Part shown: positions 9,301 to 20,475 of the stretch, piece by piece
How positions within the stretch are numbered: the first letter of the stretch is position 1
Layout: each line of letters opens with the position of its first letter
Origin: an uncultured bacterium
GTDB taxonomy: Bacteria > Chloroflexota > UBA5177 > JANWHV01
Assembly: GCA_963827235.1 (NCBI GenBank)
Contig: CAWHAE010000010.1
Coordinates: 288,001 to 352,000, forward strand
Reading direction: 5' to 3'
DNA length: 64,000 nucleotides
The notes under the pieces: generated by a model
What the model saw: the letters and a program-made list of their open reading frames with translations, nothing else
What the model was told of the DNA's origin: nothing
Database searches by the model: none
Program-made: the position numbers and the translations under genes

Positions 9301-10314
9301 ATGCAATCTCGTGAACGGGTCGTGCGCGCTATCGGCTTCGATAGACCCGATCGTCCCCCAATCTCACACGCCATATTGCCATCCGCCCAGTATCACTACG
9401 GTGATGCACTTCAGCGCATCACCGATACCGTGCCGGAAGACTTCGGCTGGGGCCTGCTGCCGGACCTGCCTCCCGAAAGACTGCCGCCGCTCTACAAGGC
9501 AGGGGAGAACAGGGACGAGTTCGGCACGCTCTGGAAAGTGACGCACCAGGGTCGCTGCGGCATTCCCATCGCGTTTCCCATCGCCGCGGACTGGAGCAAC
9601 TATGAACAGTTCCGCTGGCCCGTGTTTGCCGCCGGCGTGCCCCAGTACCGCCTCTATAGCGGGCACATGGCCGGGACCGACAGCGCCTACTACGCGCGGG
9701 GCGGCTGGATCACCTTCTTCGAGCAGTTGCAGCAGCTCCACGGTTTCGAGGCCACACTGGTCGATCTGGTGACGCACGAGCCTATGCTCGCTCGCCTGCG
9801 TGACGATCTGCTCCGCTTCAACCTCGACTGGCTCGACCGGTGGCTGGCCGAGGAGTACCAGGGCCTGCACTTCGCCGACGACTGGGGCTCGCAGACCGAT
9901 CTACTGATCTCACCCAAGCTGTGGCGCTCCTTCTTCAAGCCTGTCTACGCTGCCATGTTCGCGAAGGTCAAGCAGGCGGGCCTCGACGTGTGGTTCCACA
10001 GCGACGGGAACATCCTGGCGATCATTCCGGACTTGATCGATCTGGGCGTCGACGTCCTCAATTGCCAGGTGTCCGTCATCGGTCTCGATCGCCTGCGGCC
10101 CTTCGTTGGCGCGGTGTGCTTTCGCACCGATATAGACCGGCAGCAGGTCCTGCCGTTCGTGACGCCGGCGGAAGTGAAGCGGTTCGTGCACCACCTGTTC
10201 GAGGCGCTCGGCACGGCAACGGGCGGCATCATCGCGTGCGGAGAGGTGAGCGAAGACGTACCGATCGAGAACATCGCCGCGATGTACGAGGCATTCCTCG
10301 ACTTCCGCTACTGA
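9301..10314 (+). CDS. Uroporphyrinogen decarboxylase (URO-D/MtaA-CmuA) family protein
   Basis: MQSRERVVRAIGFDRPDRPP, DEFGTLW, FADDWGSQTDLLISP, FHSDGN, DLIDLGVDVLN, VPIENIAAM. RBS GGGAGG. Confidence 0.9.
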   Translation: MQSRERVVRAIGFDRPDRPPISHAILPSAQYHYGDALQRITDTVPEDFGWGLLPDLPPERLPPLYKAGENRDEFGTLWKVTHQGRCGIPIAFPIAADWSNYEQFRWPVFAAGVPQYRLYSGHMAGTDSAYYARGGWITFFEQLQQLHGFEATLVDLVTHEPMLARLRDDLLRFNLDWLDRWLAEEYQGLHFADDWGSQTDLLISPKLWRSFFKPVYAAMFAKVKQAGLDVWFHSDGNILAIIPDLIDLGVDVLNCQVSVIGLDRLRPFVGAVCFRTDIDRQQVLPFVTPAEVKRFVHHLFEALGTATGGIIACGEVSEDVPIENIAAMYEAFLDFRY

Positions 10315-10753
10315 CCGGCCGTGACTGGCGGCAGCCTGATCTCCCTCGTGCGTGAATACCGCACGCCCGCGATCGCGGCGGCAATGTCAGTGGTAGTACC
10401 GACGCCGCCATTGCAGCTGGACACGAACACATTGGCGACGTGACCACGGCAGTCCGGCACTCCGCCGTGTGCTCGCTCTGCATGCCGAAGGCAGTGTCAC
10501 TGACTCGATATGCCTCAGCCCGCCAGTCTCTACTGGGTCTCCAGCACGCTTCCGGCATACTGCCAGACGTGGAAGGAAGCTCGCGGCATGGGCGCATGGC
10601 TTCGATCAGCACTGCTACCTATCGAGCATGCACCTGCCATTACCGCATGCTCGGTTCACCCCAGGGTCGGGCAGGCGGTGACTTGATGTGGGCAGGGCCT
10701 GATTGGCAGCGTGACTGGTGGCTGATGCGGCCCGGGTACAACACCGGACCCGG

Positions 10754-11797
10754 TCAATCGCCCGAGACGCGAATCACGAGCTTACCGAAGTTGCGCCCTT
10801 CCAGCAGCCCTATGAATGCAGCCGGCGCGTTGTCCAGACCCTCGACCACGTCCTCCCGATACTTGATGCGGCCTGCTCGCAGCCAGGCGCTCATCTGCGT
10901 GAAGAACTCACCGAAACGAGGGCCATAATCGAGCGTTATGATGAATCCCTGCACCTTGATCCGCCTGGTCAACAGCGTGCCCATCAGGCCCGGTAAGCGA
11001 TCGGGAGCGGCAGGCAGGCCCACGGCGTTGTAGTGCGCGATCAGGCCACACAGCGGTATGCGGGCTTTCGCATTGAGCAAGGGCAGCACGGCCAGGAACA
11101 CCTCGCCGCCCACGTTCTCGAAGTAGACGTCGATGCCGCCCGGGCAGGCCTCGCGTAACCGTTGCGGCAGATCCGGCGCGCTGTGGTCGAGGCACGCATC
11201 GAACCCCAGGACCTCGACGGCATAGCGGCACTTCTCAGGCCCGCCGGCAATGCCGATGGCCCGGCTGCCCTGGATCTTAGCGATCTGGCCCACAACCGAG
11301 CCGACAGCTCCCGTGGCCGCGGCCACCACCACGGTCTCGCCGGGCTGTGGCGCGCCAATATCGAGCAGGCCCATGTAGGCGGTGAAGCCCGGCATGCCGA
11401 GCACGCCAAGCGCGAGAGAGGGCGGTGCGAGGCCTGGGTCGAGCTTCGTGACCCCCGTGCCATCGGACACCGCGTAGTCCTGCCAGCCGCTGGACGCGAG
11501 GACCAGGTCACCAACCCGGAAGTCGGCGTGTCGCGAGGCCGCGACACGACAGACAGTGCCGCCTACCAGCACGTCGTCAAGCGCAACCGAAGCGGCGTAC
11601 GACGGACCGTCGTGCATACGCCCGCGCATGTACGGGTCAAGTGACAGGTAGATCGTGCGCAGCAACACCTGTCCGTCTGCAGGCTCGGGGACGGGTACGG
11701 TCTCCAAGCGAAAGTCCGAGGTCTTTGGCCTGCCAACCGGCCGTGCTGCCAAAACAATCCTGCGGTTGACTCGTTGGTGTTCACCGACATCCATCAT
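10754..11797 (-). CDS. NADP-dependent oxidoreductase (CurA/YncB, PTGR-like MDR family)
   Basis: NRRIVLAARPVG, LSLDPYMRGRM, GMPGFTAY, AATGAVGSVVGQIAK, YFENVGG, G.NFGKLVIRV. The ORF-track start at 12052 is over-extended. Confidence 0.93.
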   Translation of the reverse strand: MMDVGEHQRVNRRIVLAARPVGRPKTSDFRLETVPVPEPADGQVLLRTIYLSLDPYMRGRMHDGPSYAASVALDDVLVGGTVCRVAASRHADFRVGDLVLASSGWQDYAVSDGTGVTKLDPGLAPPSLALGVLGMPGFTAYMGLLDIGAPQPGETVVVAAATGAVGSVVGQIAKIQGSRAIGIAGGPEKCRYAVEVLGFDACLDHSAPDLPQRLREACPGGIDVYFENVGGEVFLAVLPLLNAKARIPLCGLIAHYNAVGLPAAPDRLPGLMGTLLTRRIKVQGFIITLDYGPRFGEFFTQMSAWLRAGRIKYREDVVEGLDNAPAAFIGLLEGRNFGKLVIRVSGD

Positions 11798-12112
11798 GCG
11801 CCTGTCCTTTCGGCCGGCCTGAGAGGGCAACCTACTATAATGTCGTGCACTCTGGTGTGTGGTGCGTCCGACTGCATCCTCAAGCAGCACGCTGAGAAAG
11901 ATAGCGCATTCGGCGACCAGCGACTGTGCCGCGTTGTGCGAGCCGCGGACTGGTACCCCTGGCCCGGGTAGGGCGCCGCCGGGCTGTCGTGCCAGAATCG
12001 ACGCGTAGTGCCGCCTGACCTGCAGGACCGCTGGCGCTGCCAGAGGTGCCAAGCTCTTTGCCAGGTCCTCATCCGGAGGATCAAAGGCGTTGGGCGCGCG
12101 CCAGCGATCACG

Positions 12113-13263
12113 TCAGTGCTGAGTCCAGGTGTGGCCGGCGTTCGCTGTGGCCAGGATGAGACCGGCGCGTGCCGGCGGCAATGTCGTCATCACCAGCCAG
12201 CCCTGCTGGGAGGTGGGGAACGATATCGCGAGGTTCACATCATACCCGACTCCGGAGATCGATGGCTGGTTGTGCCAGCTGCTGCCGCTGTTCATGGTGT
12301 GTCCCACCGCCGTGGTACCGAGGCCGCACGCGACGCAGCCGCTTGCCAGGAAGGCGACCGTCCCACTCGCGCCGAGAGGACTTCCCGGTAGTTGCCGGGA
12401 CCCGGGATCGATTGCGACGTCCCAGGAGCCGGGCCCGCCCCGGCCGTACTCTCGGCCACCACAACCCGCCAATGGGCACCGGCGTCACCCGTGCGATAGA
12501 GTGCGTAAGCATGCTGGCTCATGCCGTACCCGCCTTCCAGCGTCACCCATACCGTCGAGGGGGCCGTGCAGGCAATCTGCCCCCCGTACTGGTATCCGGG
12601 ACCGGCCGTGAGGGTCGCCAGCCAGGAGCGACCACCGGTGGTGGTGTGCCACACGGTGTCACCTTGCAGCGCTACCGCCCAAAGGTCGGTGAGCGGGCCG
12701 CTGCCGGCGCCCGGTGGGGCTGCACAGACCGCCGTGACTGCTCCGGGGGTGGTGAGCGCCGTCCAGGTCTGGCCGCCGTCGGAGGTGGTCACGATCCAGC
12801 CGCCTCCGGCGGTGGCGTTCGCTGTGGCGACGCCGACGCCTCGCGTCGGGCTGACAAAGCGGATGGACAACAATTGGGCCAGGTAGAACTGGCCGGAGGG
12901 TTCCTGCGCCATGCGCCAATGCATGCCCCCATCGGTGGTGCGAAGGAGCACGGCCGTTTGGGTCGCGGTGGTGCCCAGGGCCCAGCCGTCTTGGGTGCTC
13001 ACGAAGTCGAGTGCGCTGATAGTCGCGGCCGGATTGGTCTGCCGCGTCCAGGTCCGGCCGCCATCGCGGGTGGCGAGGAGACCGGTGCCGGCGGCCCAGC
13101 CGTGCTGGGCATCGACGAAGTCGACGGCATCAAGCATCCCGATCGCGGGATGCGTCGCGGCCGACCGGGCTAGGGCCGAGGGCGACCGCGGGCCGGATGA
13201 CGCGCCAATCAGGGTCCAGATGAGGGCGACGCAGGCCGCGCGGATCAGGGTCGTCGTTCGCAT
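12113..13263 (-). pseudogene. Secreted BNR/YCF48-like beta-propeller protein, split by a frameshift near 12388
   Basis: Signal peptide, then repeats VDFVDAQHGWAAG, TRDGGRTW, TTDGGMHW, TSDGGQTW. The repeat pattern continues in another frame (ORF 12113..12472: AISFPTSQQGWL...TANAGHTWTQH). Could be a sequencing error. Confidence 0.75.
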
Positions 13264-13856
13264 CGAGAGCACTCCTTCGGTGATGACGCTTTAGCACAGC
13301 CCGCGGATGGCAGCCCTGCGACTTGACTTGCAGCGGCGCGCTCGTGAGTGTGCGGCTCGGTCCGGCACGCCTCACGCTACACATGGCAACGCTAATGTTC
13401 AAGCCCCTGGCGGTGTCGCGTCGGGCGTGGGCGTTCCGTGCGCCTAGACCAGTGCAGCGATAGCACCCCAGACAGCGAACGATGGATCCTCGAGCGGTCG
13501 ATACGTCCTCGGCAAAGTACGTCGCCTCGAGGTCTCCTGTCGAGCTACGCAGGAGCGCAACCTGCAAACCGAGGTGCGTGTTCGCAGGCGAGGCGTATTG
13601 AATCAACGAAACGACGTGGGTCAAGCCGCCCACACAGAAGCTTCCGTCTCGAGAGAATGCGAGGGGCGCAAGCCTCACGGCCGGGCCGACCAGGCCTGGG
13701 CTCCTGGTGCGGGAGCGTGCGCGTGTGTCGGATAGCCCTGTCAGGCCAGGTGGTCAGGGTGCCTGTACATGGCGGCCGGTTCGGCGCATAATGCGGGAGC
13801 AGGCTCAGCGCAACGGTGAGTAGCGCGGTAAGCGCGCGGCAAGGTGACGTGCGGCC

Positions 13857-15503
13857 ATGCGGCAGTCTCGACCACATTGCCTGGCAGCGTTACAGATTGC
13901 GCTAGTCCCGGTGCTCGTCGTCGCCGGGCTGGCGAACGTGCGTGTAGCGGCCGCCGCGGCACCTGCAGCGTGCTCGCTGCCGCACCGGCTCGTCGTGGTG
14001 GGCGGCGCGCGAGCGCTGGCCGTGGACGCCGAGGCGCACCTGCTGATCGTGGCGGCGCAATCCACGCTGGTTCTGCTCGACAGCTGCACTGGGAAGCTGG
14101 TGACGCGAGTGAGTGCCGGTGGAGCAGCCACGCAGGTGGCAGTCGATGCTGCTGCGGGCAGGGCCTTGGTCGTGGTGGCGTCGCGGGTCCGCCTGTTCGA
14201 CACTCGCCACCGCCGCTGGCTGGCTGACGCGCGGCTTCCCGCGGACGCCCGTCCGCGGCAGATGGCGATCGCCGGCGAGACGCACGAGGCACTGCTTGTC
14301 GATCCCGGCTACGCCGCGCTGTGGGTGGTGGACACGAGGACCGGGGCGGTCGTCCACCATGTAGGGGGCCTGCGCGGCACGCTGGACGCTGTGGCGCTGG
14401 ATGCCGGCCGCCATCGGGCCTTCGTGGCCAGTGCCAGCACCAGCAGCGTTGGCGTCATCGATTGTGTCCGGTGGAGGCTGCTGCGGTGGACCGGCGTCGG
14501 GCGCTGGCCGCTTGCGCTGGCAGTGAGCGTGCGGGCGGGGCGCGTATTTGTGGCGAACCGTGACAGCGGGACGGTGAGTGTGCTGGACAGCGCGAGCGGC
14601 CGGCTCCTCCAGACTGTGGCCCTGCAGCTGACGCCGCGAGCCGTGGCGGTCGATGAACGGCGCCAGCGGGCGTATATTGCCACGCAGGGTGCTGGAGCAG
14701 GTGCAGAGGGGCAGCTGGTCGTGGCGGACGTCAACACGGGGAAGCTGCTTGGCCGGCTACGAGAGAGGCCGAGTGGTGCCGCGCTGGCGGTCGATGCACA
14801 GACGGGCACCATCCTGTGCTTGGAGCAAGGCACGGGTGCTATCGAGGTGGTGGTGGCCGGCACCATGGCGGGCCCAGCAGCACAGCCGACCGCGACGTAC
14901 CGCGCCTCGGCGACGAACTCGGCGACGCCACGGAGTACTGCGAGCGCGACTGCGACACCGCGTCCAACCGTCACCGTGACGCTGTCCCCCACGCGCACCG
15001 CGGCGCCCACCATGAGCGTCACGCCGCAGTCTACGCCCACGGCGACGCCCACCGCTCTTCCGACGTACACACCGGTGCCGACGAACACACCCCTGCCCAC
15101 CTACACGCCCCCGCCGACGCCTTCACCAACGGCCTCGTTGCTCCCGACCCCGACGGTCACTGGGACGCCGACGCCAACCGTGACCGCCACGCCGGTGCCT
15201 CTCTCGGCCGCGCAACTGGTGGGCAACTGGAACAATGTCCTCGCCTACACGCCCAGCGTGCCGCAGGTGACAATCTTGGCCAACGCCGATGGCAGCTACG
15301 CCGTGCACGGCTACGGCAGCTGCTCCCCCACGTACTGTGACTGGGGCGTAACGCCACTTATTGTGGTACCCGGCAGCGCGACGGCCGTCGCCCAGTTCGA
15401 CAATGGCAATACGCTGGTCCTCAGCCTGAGCGGAAACGAGCTACGAGTGGACGACCACCGCACAAGCGGCCCCGTCACGACCGACTACCTAGTCCGGGCC
15501 TAG
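13857..15503 (+). CDS. Secreted YVTN/YncE beta-propeller protein with Pro/Thr linker and small C-terminal domain
   Basis: Signal peptide; repeats RAFVAS...SVGVID and RVFVANRDSGTVSVLD; long PT linker; C-domain GNWNN...VHGYGSCSPTYCDWG. Confidence 0.8.
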   Translation: MRQSRPHCLAALQIALVPVLVVAGLANVRVAAAAAPAACSLPHRLVVVGGARALAVDAEAHLLIVAAQSTLVLLDSCTGKLVTRVSAGGAATQVAVDAAAGRALVVVASRVRLFDTRHRRWLADARLPADARPRQMAIAGETHEALLVDPGYAALWVVDTRTGAVVHHVGGLRGTLDAVALDAGRHRAFVASASTSSVGVIDCVRWRLLRWTGVGRWPLALAVSVRAGRVFVANRDSGTVSVLDSASGRLLQTVALQLTPRAVAVDERRQRAYIATQGAGAGAEGQLVVADVNTGKLLGRLRERPSGAALAVDAQTGTILCLEQGTGAIEVVVAGTMAGPAAQPTATYRASATNSATPRSTASATATPRPTVTVTLSPTRTAAPTMSVTPQSTPTATPTALPTYTPVPTNTPLPTYTPPPTPSPTASLLPTPTVTGTPTPTVTATPVPLSAAQLVGNWNNVLAYTPSVPQVTILANADGSYAVHGYGSCSPTYCDWGVTPLIVVPGSATAVAQFDNGNTLVLSLSGNELRVDDHRTSGPVTTDYLVRA

Positions 15504-15888
15504 GGTTTGACCCGCCGCGAAGGTGTGGCCAATGAGGGACGAGCGCACGTGGCTCTAGGGGTCTTTCCAGGGTGGTGGAGCATGCGGGTCAGAAAAACGC
15601 CGACCCGGCCACGATCACCTGCGCTGATCGGAGGCTTTCGCGAGCAGTCGCCTTCACGAACGGCTCGAGTATGAAGTTCTCTTGGTCGCGGATCTTGATA
15701 CCCTCGAGGGTGGCCGGCAGGCCTGGAATCACGATTCCCGGGTAGTGGTAGCTGGGCTGGCAAGTCAGCGAGAGCAGGCCGTAATGGTATGCCTGCAGGA
15801 AGTAGAGCGTCATCGTCCCACCGAGGCGGCACCACTTCTGGCTCCCCGCGTTGAAGACAAAGGACCGCAAGAACATACTTGCGCATGC

Positions 15889-18800
15889 TTAGCCTTGCCC
15901 GGCGACGATCTCGCGCACCATGTTATTCCCGGTGTCGGCGACATAGACGTTGACGCCACGTGGGAGCCGCGCTCCCCGATACACAGCGTACGTCGCCACG
16001 CCATAAGGCTGATCCAGCTCTGCCCGCGTCGCCGGGCCGGAGCCTCCGGCGAGACCAGTCACGCCGGTACCGGCTAGGGTGCGAATTGGGTCGGTGCTGG
16101 ACAGTAGAGGGCCGCCCACTTGGCGGATGACCTCACGCACCGCGTCGTTGCCGGCGTCGGCGACGACGATGTTGCCCATGTAGTCCAGAGCCACGCCTCG
16201 CGGCTGGTTAAGCTCAGCCTGGCCGGCCTCCCCACCGTCGCCCGCATAGCCCTGTTCGCCGTTTCCGGCCAACGTGCTGATCGCCGGTGTACCTTGCCTC
16301 GATACCCGGCGAATCACGTTGTTTCCGGTGTCGGCGATGTACATATCACCCCACCCGGCATAGGATCCATCCGGCCGGATAGCGACGTCCTCCGGTCCGC
16401 GTAGCCGCGCCTGGGCGGCGGTGCCGCCGTCGCCACTGTAGCCTGCCATGCCGTTCCCGGCCACGGTGCTGATCCTGTGGGCGGCCAATATGACCTCGCG
16501 AATCCTGTTGTTTCCCGTGTCCGCGATGAACAGGTTGCGGTGACTGTCCACAGCGACGCCACACGGTCCGTCCAGCATGGCCGCAGTCGGCGGGCCGCCA
16601 TCTCCGTCGAACCCGGCCTGGCCATCGCCGGCTACGGTCGATATGATGCCGGATCCGAGGTCCACCTCGCGGATCGCGTTGTTGCCCGTATCGGCGATAT
16701 ACAGCAACTCGTCGCCGGATAGCGCCAGGCCCTCGGGCGCGTTCAGCCGAGCGGCGGCAGCAGGTCCGCCGTCGCCGGCGTAGCCGGGCAGGGTGCTGCT
16801 GCCTACCTCCTGCGTCAGGAGGCCGGTCGACGCATGCAGCTCCATTACGCGATTAAACAGCGTGTCCGCAATGAAAACATTGCCGTGGGAATCCACCGCA
16901 AGTGATCGCGGTTCATCCAGGCCGGCCTGGACAGCCGGTACCTGCCAAGAGAAAGCGCCGGCCTTCCCCGTGCCCGCCGCCGTCAGCACCGTCGCCGAGA
17001 CGGCCTGCGGTGGTGCGCCGACCTCGCGTATCATGTCGTTGCCCGAGTCGGCAATATAGAGGTTGCCTGCAGCGTCGAGGGCGATGGCGCTAGGCTGACT
17101 CAGCTCCGCCTGGATCGCCGGGCCACCGTCTCCGCTGAAACCGCCGATAGTGGCGGCCTGGAAGCCCCCGTGCTTGGCATCATAGCCGCCGCGATAGGCA
17201 GCATACCCGGTGCCGGCGACGCTCATAATGATGCCGCTGGCTGCGAACACTTCGCGTACCGTGGCACAGCCGCTATCCACGATATACAGATTGCCCGCGC
17301 GGTCCAGCGCGAGGCCGGTTGGCCGGATCAGCCCGGCTGATTGTGCCTGATCCCCGTCTCCCACACATCCGTACGTCGTGGGCCCGGTCCCAACTCTGCC
17401 GTGAGGGCCCGAGACGAAGCCATTCCTGTCGGCGGCAGCGTAGAGGTGGCCGGCGCTATCCACGGCCAAGCCCTCCGGCCGGCTGACCTCGTCTATACCA
17501 AGCACCGCGGTGATCACGTGACGGCTCAGGCTCAGCTTGAGCAGGACCACGCCCTGGTCCGAGGTGCCGTAGGCAATGTAGAGATTGTCCTCCCGATCGA
17601 TGGCCAGCGCGTGGGGTGCCAGCAGCGGCGCGACAGGAGCCGCAACGCCCTGAGCGAGGCGCCCGGGATTGTTGCTGGCGGACACGGTCGAGATGATGCC
17701 GCTGCCGGTGTGCACCTCCCGGATACGCTGATTCCCGCTGTCGACGATGTACAGATTGCCGGCGCTGTCCAGCGCCAGCCCTTCCGGCGAGGCCAGCAGC
17801 GCCTTCGTGGCGGGGCCACCATCGCCGCCGTCGCCTCGTGTGCCGGTGCCGGCGAACGTTGTGATGATGCCGGTTGCCGCGTCCACCCGGCGGACCTGCT
17901 GGTTATTGGTGTCCGCAATGTACAGGTTGCCAGCGCGATCGACCGCCACGCCTTGCGGATGATTGAGCCATGCCCGCGTGGCAGGCCCGCCATCACCGCT
18001 GTGGCCGGCGCGTCCGGCGCCTGCGACGGTGAGAATCTGTCCGGCACGCGGTCGCGCTGGCGTGCCCTGCAGCCTGCTCCGCCCGAGGTCAGGAGTTGGC
18101 TGTGTGGTCGGGGTGGCCGTTGCCGGCGGCGTGGACGCGCTGCTCTGCTTGAGGGCGTCCGCGGGCGCGAAGACCTCGCGCACGACGTTCGCCTGTGCAT
18201 CGGCGATGTAGAGATCACCCTCGCCATCCACGGCGATGCCCTGAACACAATCGAATTCCGCCTTCGTGGCAGGCCCCGCATCGCCGCTATAGCCGACCTG
18301 GCCGGTGCCCGCGACCGTGAAGATGGCCCGGGATGAACGCTCCACCATGCGCACCACGTTGTTGCCGTCCGCGATGTAGAGGTCGCTCTGCTGGTCCACA
18401 GCCACGGATGTTGCCAGAAACAAAGACGCCTGCGTAGCCTGCCTGCCGTCGCCGCTGTACCCGCTGTGGCCGCTGCCCGCGACCCCGATTACCCCGCCAA
18501 CGGCTGAGATCTCGCGCACGCGCATATTCCCGGTGTCGGCAACGTACACGTTGCCGCGTGCGTCCGCGGCCAGTCCGCTCGGATCGTACAGGCCGTCGGT
18601 GTTGCGAGCGCCATTCCCCGCTACCGTGCTGATGATGCCGGTTGTCCCGTCGACCTTGCGTACGCGCTGGTGGGCACTGTCGGCGATGAACACGTCTCCG
18701 CCGGCATCCACGGCAACGGAGACCGGGTTGATCGCGGCGTCGATAGCCGGTCCGCCGTCCCGCAGCGCGATGCTCTTGCCGGGCCCGGCTATCGTGGTGA

Positions 18801-20475
18801 TGATCCCGGTCGCGGCGCGCACCTCCCGGACCCTGCCGTTGCCCGTGTCGGCGATGAAAAGATCGCCTGCCGCGTCGACCGCAACCCCCTGCGGTGCTGA
18901 TAATTCCGCCGCCATTGCCTTGTGGCCGTCACCGGCGAACCCTGCCGTGCCGTCGCCGGCCACGGTGGTGATCTTGGCCATGGTCATCGGCCAGGACGAG
19001 TGGACCTCGCGAATGACATTGTTCCCCGTATCGGCGATGAACACATCGCCGGCCTTGTCCACCGCCAGAGACCTTGGCCCATCGAGCATCGCGCGCCGGG
19101 CACTGCCGCCATCCCCGAACCAGCCTGCCGTTCCATCCCCGGCAATGGTCATGATCTCGCCGGCCGGCATGGATGGCACGTGCGGTGACGGCGAACCATG
19201 TGCCTGCGGGGTGATGTCAGGAATCCGGATGACTGTCGGCGTACCGGCCGGCGTGGAGGTTGCGGTTGCCGCGCCGGCAACTGCGGGCGCGGCAACCTCC
19301 AGCACCTGGTTGGCATTATTGTCGGTGAGATACAGGTTGCCCGCGCCGTCCACGGCGATGCCCCACAGGTTGTCGAAGTCGAAGCTGGTCGCAGCGTCGT
19401 GCAGGTCGCAGGGGTACCTGGCTTCCGTGTCGGCAGTACCGGCTACGGTGACTATCCTGCCCGTCGGATCCACCATGCGCAGCACGTCATCGGCGGTGAT
19501 GTACAGGTTGCCTTTCCCATCCACGGCGACGTCACGAGGCTCGTAGAGCCCCACCGCGTTCGCCGTCGCCTGACCGCAGTCGCCGCCGTAGCCGCCGTTT
19601 CCGCTGCCGGCGGCCACGCTCATGACGTGGGGCGGTGCGGCGTCCACCTTGCGCACGCGCAGGTTGTTGTAGTCGGCGATGTACAGGTTGCCGGCGGTGT
19701 CCAGGGCCAGGCCACTGGGCCCGGAGAGCTTGGCCTGGATCGCCCGCACGCTGGCACACTGCTCCGGCGCGCAGCCCACGCCGCTGGCGTCGTCCCTATT
19801 GTTCCCCGCCACGGTCGTGATCGTGCGCGGGCTCGCGGTGTTGATCTCGCGCACCTCCGTGCCGTCGACGACGTAGACGTTGCCGGCGGCATCGACCGCG
19901 ATGCCTTTGGGGTCCATTGCGGCGCCGAGCGCCGGTCCGCTGGGCTCCCGGTCGGTCGCATTCCCGTCGCCGCTATCCCCCGCCACGGTGGTGATACTGT
20001 GCAGGTCGGCAGACACCTCGAGCACCCGGTGGTCGCCAGTGTCGGCGATGAACAGGTTGCCCTGTGCATCCACGGCAACACCTGCCGGGTTCTCCAGCGC
20101 GGCGTCGGTGGGCGACCCGCCGCTCGCCGCGTCGTCGCTACCGCCCCCGGCCACGGTGGTCAGGGTCCGCGTGCCCGGTTTGATCTCGCGAACCAGGCTG
20201 TTGCCGGTGTCCGCGACGAACACGTCGCCGGCTGCGCTCACCGCTATTCCCTCCGGCTCCTTGAGCGGGGGAGTGCCGCTGCCGGAGATATTCGCGATGC
20301 AGCCACGCGCCATAGCGACGCCAGGTTGGCAGAAGGGCTGCACCTGCGCCGGCCGTGCACTGGCGGCCATGACGCCTGCGGGAAGGCGGGGTCTCCAGTC
20401 TGCCGGCCGGCTCAGCCCTATCGGCAGCACCACGAACGCAACACACACGCACCGCGGTTGCCATACTCGCCACAT
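15889..20475 (-). CDS. Giant NHL-repeat (teneurin-type) multi-propeller exported protein
   Basis: Many repeats of P.GVAVD..GNLYIADTGN..IREV......ITTVAG.G..G.SGDGG.A..A.L in blocks separated by Pro/Thr linkers. Start chosen at the ATG with RBS AGGGAGG (about 1528 aa). Confidence 0.88.
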   Translation of the reverse strand: MWRVWQPRCVCVAFVVLPIGLSRPADWRPRLPAGVMAASARPAQVQPFCQPGVAMARGCIANISGSGTPPLKEPEGIAVSAAGDVFVADTGNSLVREIKPGTRTLTTVAGGGSDDAASGGSPTDAALENPAGVAVDAQGNLFIADTGDHRVLEVSADLHSITTVAGDSGDGNATDREPSGPALGAAMDPKGIAVDAAGNVYVVDGTEVREINTASPRTITTVAGNNRDDASGVGCAPEQCASVRAIQAKLSGPSGLALDTAGNLYIADYNNLRVRKVDAAPPHVMSVAAGSGNGGYGGDCGQATANAVGLYEPRDVAVDGKGNLYITADDVLRMVDPTGRIVTVAGTADTEARYPCDLHDAATSFDFDNLWGIAVDGAGNLYLTDNNANQVLEVAAPAVAGAATATSTPAGTPTVIRIPDITPQAHGSPSPHVPSMPAGEIMTIAGDGTAGWFGDGGSARRAMLDGPRSLAVDKAGDVFIADTGNNVIREVHSSWPMTMAKITTVAGDGTAGFAGDGHKAMAAELSAPQGVAVDAAGDLFIADTGNGRVREVRAATGIITTIAGPGKSIALRDGGPAIDAAINPVSVAVDAGGDVFIADSAHQRVRKVDGTTGIISTVAGNGARNTDGLYDPSGLAADARGNVYVADTGNMRVREISAVGGVIGVAGSGHSGYSGDGRQATQASLFLATSVAVDQQSDLYIADGNNVVRMVERSSRAIFTVAGTGQVGYSGDAGPATKAEFDCVQGIAVDGEGDLYIADAQANVVREVFAPADALKQSSASTPPATATPTTQPTPDLGRSRLQGTPARPRAGQILTVAGAGRAGHSGDGGPATRAWLNHPQGVAVDRAGNLYIADTNNQQVRRVDAATGIITTFAGTGTRGDGGDGGPATKALLASPEGLALDSAGNLYIVDSGNQRIREVHTGSGIISTVSASNNPGRLAQGVAAPVAPLLAPHALAIDREDNLYIAYGTSDQGVVLLKLSLSRHVITAVLGIDEVSRPEGLAVDSAGHLYAAADRNGFVSGPHGRVGTGPTTYGCVGDGDQAQSAGLIRPTGLALDRAGNLYIVDSGCATVREVFAASGIIMSVAGTGYAAYRGGYDAKHGGFQAATIGGFSGDGGPAIQAELSQPSAIALDAAGNLYIADSGNDMIREVGAPPQAVSATVLTAAGTGKAGAFSWQVPAVQAGLDEPRSLAVDSHGNVFIADTLFNRVMELHASTGLLTQEVGSSTLPGYAGDGGPAAAARLNAPEGLALSGDELLYIADTGNNAIREVDLGSGIISTVAGDGQAGFDGDGGPPTAAMLDGPCGVAVDSHRNLFIADTGNNRIREVILAAHRISTVAGNGMAGYSGDGGTAAQARLRGPEDVAIRPDGSYAGWGDMYIADTGNNVIRRVSRQGTPAISTLAGNGEQGYAGDGGEAGQAELNQPRGVALDYMGNIVVADAGNDAVREVIRQVGGPLLSSTDPIRTLAGTGVTGLAGGSGPATRAELDQPYGVATYAVYRGARLPRGVNVYVADTGNNMVREIVAGQG

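Noticed and set aside
15520-15880. Small ORFs between the YVTN and NHL genes
   Set aside because: No RBS, motif or family resemblance that I can support.
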